From: the human T2T-CHM13v2.0 reference genome, Homo sapiens
Length of the DNA stretch: 64,000 nucleotides
Direction: 5' to 3' (one strand)
NCBI RefSeq assembly: GCF_009914755.1
Contig: NC_060935.1
The notes beneath the pieces are model-generated. The model was not told the DNA's origin. It did not search any database and was given only the letters and a program-made list of their open reading frames with translations. This document shows, piece after piece, positions 56,311 through 64,000 of this stretch; within the stretch, counting starts at the first letter, position 1; each line of letters starts with the position of its first letter. The translations under genes were made by a program, and so were the position numbers.

Positions 56311-56419
56311 GCCATACCCTAACACATGGCTGTCCAGACACACACAACCCATGTTTCCTGGGTATCTGCAGCTGAGGAAGGAGAATAATGACAGGAGAGC
56401 TAGCTTGCTCCTGGTGCTT

Positions 56420-56560
56420 TCCAGGTTGAATTCATTCCCCTCTCATAGCAGCCCTGTGGCAAACACATTACTGTCAATGCCAACAGAGGCTCAGAGAAGC
56501 TGAGTAACTTGCCCAAGGTCACACAGGAGACATAAATCAGGAGTCATGGACTCTGATGTT
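56420..56560 (-). mobile_element. MIR
   Basis: 'aacagaggctcagagaagctgagtaacttgcccaaggtcacacag'. Confidence 0.8.
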
Positions 56561-56794
56561 TGCCTTTTCAATGGAAAAGAATCCAGGTCAAACCCCCAGA
56601 ACAGCCCTGAGACTGACCTAAAGAGGCTTCTAAATGCTGATGGGCCAGGGTACACCCTTGTCAAGTAGCAGTCTCTGCCTTCGGCTCACACAACAAAATG
56701 GCCCCACAGAGGATGGGATTGTGTGGTAAGAAAGGGTGAAACTGAGAAGTCATCCACAGAATGCAGCTTGGTTTACAGCTGTGACTCTTTGCCT

Positions 56795-57176
56795 CTGAAA
56801 TAGACTAAATGTGTGTGTCCCCCTCAAAACTCCTATGCTGAAGCCATGACCCCCTCAGTGTGACTGGATTTGGAGAAAGGACTTTAGAGAGGTAATTAAG
56901 ATTAAATGAAGGTACAAGGCAGGGCCTTGACCCAAGAGGACTGGCATTCTTAAGAGGAAGAGAGAGCAGAGGTGTGCATGCACAAGGAAAGGCCCTGTGA
57001 GGACACAGCGAGAAGGCGGCCATCTGCAAGCCAGGAAGAGAAGCTCACCAGGAACTTCCCCTGCCAGCCCCTGATCTGCAGCTTCTAGACTCCAGAATTG
57101 GGAGGAAATACATTTCTGTTGTTTAAGCTGCCCATTCTACAGTATTTCATGATAGCAGCCCAAACTGACTAATATA
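56795..57176 (+). mobile_element. MaLR LTR (MLT1A0-like)
   Basis: 'gtgaggacacagcgagaaggcggccatctgcaagccaggaagaga...gcagcccaaactgactaata'. Confidence 0.88.
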
Positions 57177-58349
57177 GACTCTTCCCTGCCTACTGCCCTC
57201 CACACTGGCAGCCCAGTGTAGCACTAAGAAGGTTTCTAACCCCGTGAATGTCCGGGCCATGTCACTGCCCTTCTCTCCTGAACCCTCTGCCCACAGTGGC
57301 CACTGTACAAGGTGACTTTTGCAGACACCACATCCTGTAGCGGCAGGAGGGGCTGTGGAGAAAAAAAGGACAGGGTTGGTACCCAGCATTACCAGGTTGC
57401 CATAGTAACCCAGAGCAGGCACCACCACTGCTGGGAGGGGACGAGGAAGGCCTGGGCCCCACAGCAAAGCCAGAGACTGGATCCTCCCAAAGGAACCTGA
57501 AATAACACACAGACCTGGCAGAACTCTATTTTGAGGGTGAACCCAAGCATGGAAGCTGGTCCTTAAAACACAGAGCGGCTGCTACGAAACAGCAGCACAT
57601 ACTTCACGGCAGCGAGGCTCTGAGTGTGTTTTAATAAAGTGGCATACGAGACAGAAAGGGTGGGGGATGCAGGAGTCTGCCACGGTTGTTTAACAAAAAC
57701 ATAATCATTAGCAGACAGGACAATGCGTCCTCATAGCTATTTTATGTTCTGTGAGGGAACAGCTAGTAACTTCTTTGGAAGCTGGCTTTTGTGGCTTATT
57801 AATATTTTAGATTACAATTGTGCTAATAGAGTCATTTGCCTGTATTTTTAAATGCTCTAAAGATAACAAAGACATTCTATTTTGGAAGAACCAAACATGG
57901 GTATGCTGATGTTTTGCCGAGGGTTTATACACACTGTGACTAACGACACTTCTGTTTAATAGGACTGTACCATGCCCTGTTCCATGGCTCCAACCAGAGC
58001 CGCCCAGAGATGTGGGTGACAGCTCCCACCCCTTTCACATCCTTGGGAGGGCATTCCTACTCCCTGAGAAAGCAGGTCACAGCAATATCCTCCTCTGATC
58101 TTCAAGGAGCTGAGGCGCTTGGCGTCCCTGCTGAAGGCATATCTCTAACTATGGCCTGCAGAGGTCCTGCCTGCCACCCCCTCCTTCTGCTGGTTCCAGC
58201 ACCCCAACTGTCCTTGGCAAGCCATCTTCCCTACACCCCTGACCCAGACCCGGCCAGTCACCCTTGCTGGTGCCCCCACCCCCTAGCCAGAGTGACTGGT
58301 TCTGGGTGGGCATGGACATCATTCAGGTCGGTCCCATCAGGGCACATTG

Positions 58350-58670
58350 CAGGACTCTCGCTAAGAAGCTAGCACAGAGCCATTTTCTTTCTGCAGGACT
58401 TGGACCTATAAGGACATAAGCCCTGGAGCTGCCAGGCACCATCCTGAGAGGGAGCTGCTCAAAGAATAAAGCCCCCATGGAGAAATCAGGCCAAGAGATG
58501 GAATGAGAGCTCCCTGGGGATACCATTTGAGCAGCTGGATCCAACTATGCCTGATGCCAGACAATTTTAGGCTTCTCCATTGTGTACACTAATAAATTCC
58601 TTTCGTAGGGACAGGGGTTGGAGGGAGCCCTGGGGTTTTGTTGCCTCCAATTTAAAAAGCAATAATGACC
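58350..58670 (+). mobile_element. Old MaLR LTR fragment (MLT1K/L-like)
   Basis: 'atttgagcagctggatccaactatgcctga...aataaattcc'. Confidence 0.5.
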
Positions 58671-58975
58671 AGAGAAGCCCTTGAGTTGGTACAGGGGAAG
58701 GGAGAGGCCCTGGGTCAGAGTTTAACCCCAGGGCTCCAGGCCAGCTCTGCCATGAGCCAGGCATTCGATCCCCAGTAACCAGAAGCCCAGATTTCCTTCT
58801 CTGAAAAATAGAGGCCTGGCTCTAAATGAGTTTTTCCAAATTGGAGTCCAGAAACTCCAAGTCATCTGAGGGGCATCTCATGTCTGTTTATTTGGTGCCA
58901 ACATGTAGATGATAACCTAAATACATGACCCTATACTTATCTTTAAAGACAAAACTGTTTTTCCCTGGTAATGCA

Positions 58976-59260
58976 TTTTTTTTTTTTTTTTCAGATAGAG
59001 TCTTGCTCTGTCACCCAGGCTGGAGTGCAATGGCACAGTCTCGGCTCACTGCAACCTCTACCTCTGGGTTCAAGCGATTCTCCTGCCTCAGCCTCCCGAG
59101 TAGCTGGGATTACAGACGCCTGCCACCATATCTGGCTAATTTTTTGTACTTTTAGTAGAGACGGGGATTCACCATGTTGGTCACGCTGGTCTCAAACTCC
59201 TGACCTCAGGTGATCTGCCTGCCTCGTCCTCCCAAAGTGCTGGGATTACAGGCCCTGGCT
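58976..59260 (-). mobile_element. Alu (AluS-type) with a deletion near its 5' end
   Basis: Poly-T; ends 'gattacaggccctggct' (gtgagccacc missing). Confidence 0.94.
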
Positions 59261-59538
59261 GTAATTCACATTTTCAAAGACAGAACTTCTGTTTCACAAT
59301 AGTTTTTTTGTTTTGTGTTTTTGTTGTTGTTGTTTTAACGCAGGAGATTTCCCTCTTAACAGTGACCTACACGTTACTAAGTCAGAGAGATTTTGAACTA
59401 AGCAGTAACTATCATCCCTTCCGGTTCTCACCTTCTCTGGATGGTGTTTGTGTTGGTTCTCTGTTTATGAGCCCAAGGAGTGAGGGGTTCCATTCGTCAG
59501 CTGACCCACATGCAAATCCTCAGGCTGAAACTCATAGG

Positions 59539-59582
59539 GCTGTGAGACCCCGGACCGGTTGCTGTGAGACCCCGGACCGGTT
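59539..59582. repeat. Perfect 22-bp tandem duplication gctgtgagaccccggaccggtt
   Basis: Direct read, 2 copies, within MIR-like sequence. Confidence 0.95.
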
Positions 59583-59955
59583 GCATGTAAGGAGCTCACA
59601 TCCTTACATGCAAAATAGGAACGACAATACTGAACACACAGTTCACGATTGTTCTGGAGATTGGAGGAAAACCATGAGAAACGTCCGGTTTGAAGCCAGC
59701 TGCCCAACAGGCACTGGCTGGTGTTGGAATCGGGGTCAGGATTATTGTCAGGACCCTCAGAGCCCCATGGTACCCACTGCCTGGTGCAAACCTCTGAAGC
59801 TCCCCCAACCCAGGCATCTCTGAGAGCCTTAAGTTAAGGAGCCTGTCTGGGAAAGGGACCATTGCTTGGTCATCCTCAAAGCTGCAGGGCAGAGTTTTCC
59901 AAACACAGTCATTCCTACACATTTATTTCTAAAAGCAGCTTGCAATTTACTTACT

Positions 59956-59958
<3 letters not shown>

Positions 59959-60004
<46 letters not shown>
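59959..60004. repeat. (TA)n microsatellite in the L1 tail
   Basis: Direct read. Confidence 0.97.
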
Positions 60005-60008
<4 letters not shown>

Positions 60009-60494
60009 CTTATTTATTTATTATACTTTAAGCTCTAGGGTACATGTGCACAACGTGCAGGTTTGTTACATATGCATACATGTGCCATGTTGGTGTGCTG
60101 CACCCATTAACTCGTCATTTACATTAGGTATATCTCCTAATGCTATCCTTCTCCCCTCCCCCCACCCCACAACAGGCCCCAGTGTGATGTTCCAAAGGAA
60201 TATAAATCATGCTACTGTAAAGACACATGCACATGTATGTTTATTGTGGCACTACCCACAATAGCAAAGACTTGGAACCAACCCAAATGTCCAACAATGA
60301 TAGACTGGGTTAAGAAAATGTGGCACATGTACACCATGGAATACTATGCAGCCATAAAAAATGATGAGCTCATGTCCTTTGTAGGGACATGGATGAAGCT
60401 GGAAACCATCATTCTCAGCAAACTATCGCAAGGACAAAAAACCAAACACCGCATGTTCTCACTCATAGGTGGGAATTGAACAATGAGAATACTT
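60005..60494 (-). mobile_element. 5'-truncated, 5'-inverted L1PA (twin priming)
   Basis: 60005-60192 is the reverse 3'UTR (tatactttaag.tctagggtacatgtgcacaacgtgcagg); 60191-60494 is the forward ORF2 C-terminus (ORF 60237-60479 ...KTWNQPKCPTMIDW...MFSLIGGN). Confidence 0.95.
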
Positions 60495-60778
<284 letters not shown>

Positions 60779-60999
60779 TTAAAGCAGTTCTTTAAGTCAC
60801 CATTTTAAGTGGAAAACCAGCCTCCCTGGCATAGATGGAAGGAAGCCTTCACATCCAACAAGGGGGAAAGCAGGCTATGGGGTCCCAGTCGAGCTGCCCT
60901 GCTGTCTGTGGGAGGCACTGGGCCAGGCCCGCCTTCTCCAAGTTATAAGGAGGACTACAGACCACAGAGCTGTGTGGAAGAGTCCCCAGCCCCCAGAAA

Positions 61000-62240
61000 A
61001 AAAAGGCAAACCACGCTGTGGGAGCAGTCATCTGCACACCTGCACCACTGACAAAGGTCTTGCTTCTGAAGTATACAAGGACTGACCACAAATCAATACG
61101 AAACAGACAAGCCTGAAGAAAAACAGGCAGAAGACCCAAACTGGCGCATGGCCAAAGACGACACACAAACAGCCACCCAATACATGCACAGAAAGGTGCT
61201 CGGCCTCAGAAGTAATAAGGGAACCGCAGATGGCAATCACAACCATATCATCATCGCACACACAGCACGTCCGCAGCGGAAGGGCCCGTCAGTAGTGAGC
61301 TGGTGACACGTGGGCACCATTACTCTTACAGACTAAATGTCTGTGACCCCCTCTAGAATTCACGGACCCGCAATGTGATGGGGACTTTGGGGTGTGATTG
61401 GGTTTAGATAAGTCACGAAGCTGGGGTCCCCAAGATGGGATTCCTGCCGTCCTAAGAAGAGATAGCACAGTGCTCTTCTCTGTCTCTGTCTTTCTGCGGA
61501 TGAGGACACAGAGAGACAGAGGCTGTCTGCAAGCCAGGAAGAGGGCCCTTCCCAGAAATGGCCATGCTCGCACCCTCATCTCTGACTGTCCAGCCTCCAG
61601 AACCAGCATTTTAGCCCTCCAGATCTCAGTGTTCTGTTACAGAAGCCTGGACTGACAATGAGGTCCAGGCAGGACAGGGTTGCAGAATTCAGAAAAGCAG
61701 AGGACGTGTCCAGCCTGACCACGGTCACCCCTGGGGTATGGGCGATGGAAGGGCACCCACGTTTACATCGAGACACAAGGGTAGGGACTCCCACAGCAAG
61801 CGGACTACGACTGCCCACGGCGGGACAGAGGGACAAATCCCCAGTGAACGACCTCACAGTGAAAACAAGTGACCCAGATCTACTCACATGGCCCAGATAC
61901 CAGGGACAGCTGTTGGGAGAGAAGCCAGCACAGCACAGCACACGCCAATCCTGTCTCCATATGGCTCACGAGTGGGCAGAGTCCCACGACACTGTCTGGG
62001 GCTGTGTAATAAGAGCCTGGGACTAGTAATAAAATCAGGAAGCAACTGTGTGCGAGACCAGCCCTGGGCAGAGACAGTTATCCTGGGGAGGGAGCTGAGG
62101 AGGCAGAGGGGGCGTCTGGGTGGGGTTGGGGGTGCTGGGTCCACAGGGTTTGTTTTATAACTGCCCACTGGACGTGCGGTTGTTTTGTGAACCTCTCTGT
62201 ATGCTTGTTACGCGCCACACAGAAAAATTAAAAATAAAAG
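61000..62240 (+). mobile_element. Old L1ME-type ORF2 end and 3'UTR, GC-shifted, interrupted by an MLT1A
   Basis: 'tgacaaaggtcttgcttctgaagtatacaagga...aaaggtgctcggcctca...agggaaccgcagat'; ends aaaaattaaaaataaa. Confidence 0.6.
61325..61658 (+). mobile_element. MaLR LTR (MLT1A-like)
   Basis: 'gactaaatgtctgtg...gtgattgggtttagata...tgtctgcaagccaggaagagggccct...ccagcctccagaac'. Confidence 0.8.
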
Positions 62241-62392
62241 CATCACACAGGCACCAAACAGGATCCTCCCATCTATTCGGAAGGCCCGGAAGAGGAAGGA
62301 GTGAAGGGGGACTGCTGGATTCTGGGTCTGACCTGCAAGGTCATCTCCCAGATGCCTGCCCTGGGCACCCACTGTGTGAGCCTTGGAGGTGA

Positions 62393-63029
<637 letters not shown>

Positions 63030-64000
63030 ATAGAAACCCTGAGTTCTAATCCGCATTTGCCATTGACCAGCGAGGTGATGTCCCCAGGTGTTACTGTCCC
63101 CCTCTGTGGCATGGGCTGAGCTCTGTCTGCCTCCCTGGGAGCCTGTGGCTGAGGTCCAGGGAGATGCTGGGTGGGGAAGTCAGGACTCCTCTGGCTTCCC
63201 CATCTCGGTAAATGTCAGGGCCTCTGCCCAGAGTCCTTCAGCCCCGGGGCCAGGGCCCACGCTCCAACCGCCACTGCTAAGAGCCCTCCCGCTATTGGGG
63301 GCTGCTGTCCTGCCTCCCATCCATGGACACAGGAAGCCACAGGTGGTCCCCTGCAGGCTGAGCTGTCAGGGCCAGGGACACGAGGTGCCACTTTCAGCTT
63401 TTGGTCCCAGGTCCTGAGCACAAGTGGTGGCTTCCCAGGAGGGCCATCTGCAGTGGGTCTCTGGGTTTCCATGGGGTGTCCTGAGGCCTGTGTGCCTGCA
63501 GCTGCTAGGCCCGTAGGATGCCTCCGTCCAGCACAGACCTGATTTCTGGGTAGCCTGTGAGCCTCCGGGAGGACCCAAGCTATGGGCCCAATGGGCATGG
63601 CCAGGAGGGGACAGGAGACCTGCACACCACACAGGACAGACCCCTGGGGGCGCCTGGGCCCCCTCCTACCCTCGTCCACACACCATCTTACCCCCAGACT
63701 TGAGGAGGCATGAGGTTTGCTGCTAAAAGTGTTGGGGTGACCCGAGGGGGAGGGGCCCTCACTCATCAAAGCAGATCTCTGCTTTAAACCTGCATTGCTC
63801 CAGATGCCCCCCAAAGCTCTCCTGTCCAGGGTGGTGGCCCATCCCCTTACCTAACTCTCCTCTCTCCAAAAGTCTCCTCTCTCCTTTTTTTTGCCAGCTG
63901 GCCCTGCTCCCCACAACCCCGCCAAGCTCCATCACCCGCTCAGTGGAGCAGAGGCAGCCTGCCGGTTGCAGGGAGAGGAGTCTGTTCCCAGTGAATGCCA

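Noticed and set aside
60237-60479. 80-aa ORF with real protein similarity
   Set aside because: It is the L1 ORF2p C-terminus in a truncated, inverted L1PA, not a host gene.

Overview
This is GC-rich primate genomic DNA, catarrhine and human-like (AluJ/S/Y, an HERV-W LTR17, an L1PA). It appears intronic or intergenic: I find no credible protein-coding gene, tRNA or rRNA, and the long ORFs come from repeats or high GC. The window is a mosaic of about 18 Alus (several with readable target-site duplications), many MaLR/ERV LTRs, old L1M pieces including a 5'UTR-ORF1-ORF2 remnant at ~27.3-32.9 kb, a 5'-inverted L1PA, L2/MIR/MER fragments, three (CCAT)n arrays and several minisatellites. The most unusual structure is a multi-level nest at 36.2-39.0 kb. 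There an MLT1C is split by a solo LTR17 and a MER4-type LTR; the MER4 holds two Alus sharing a triplicated target site plus an inverted ~95 bp copy that seems to preserve the pre-LTR17 empty site. Also notable are a young AluYd-type insertion, a VNTR built from an L2 3' end, a 99-bp in-frame VNTR and strong CTCF-like motifs. I cannot support a new biological system from this sequence alone. Repeat subfamily names are from recall and edges of old elements are approximate.
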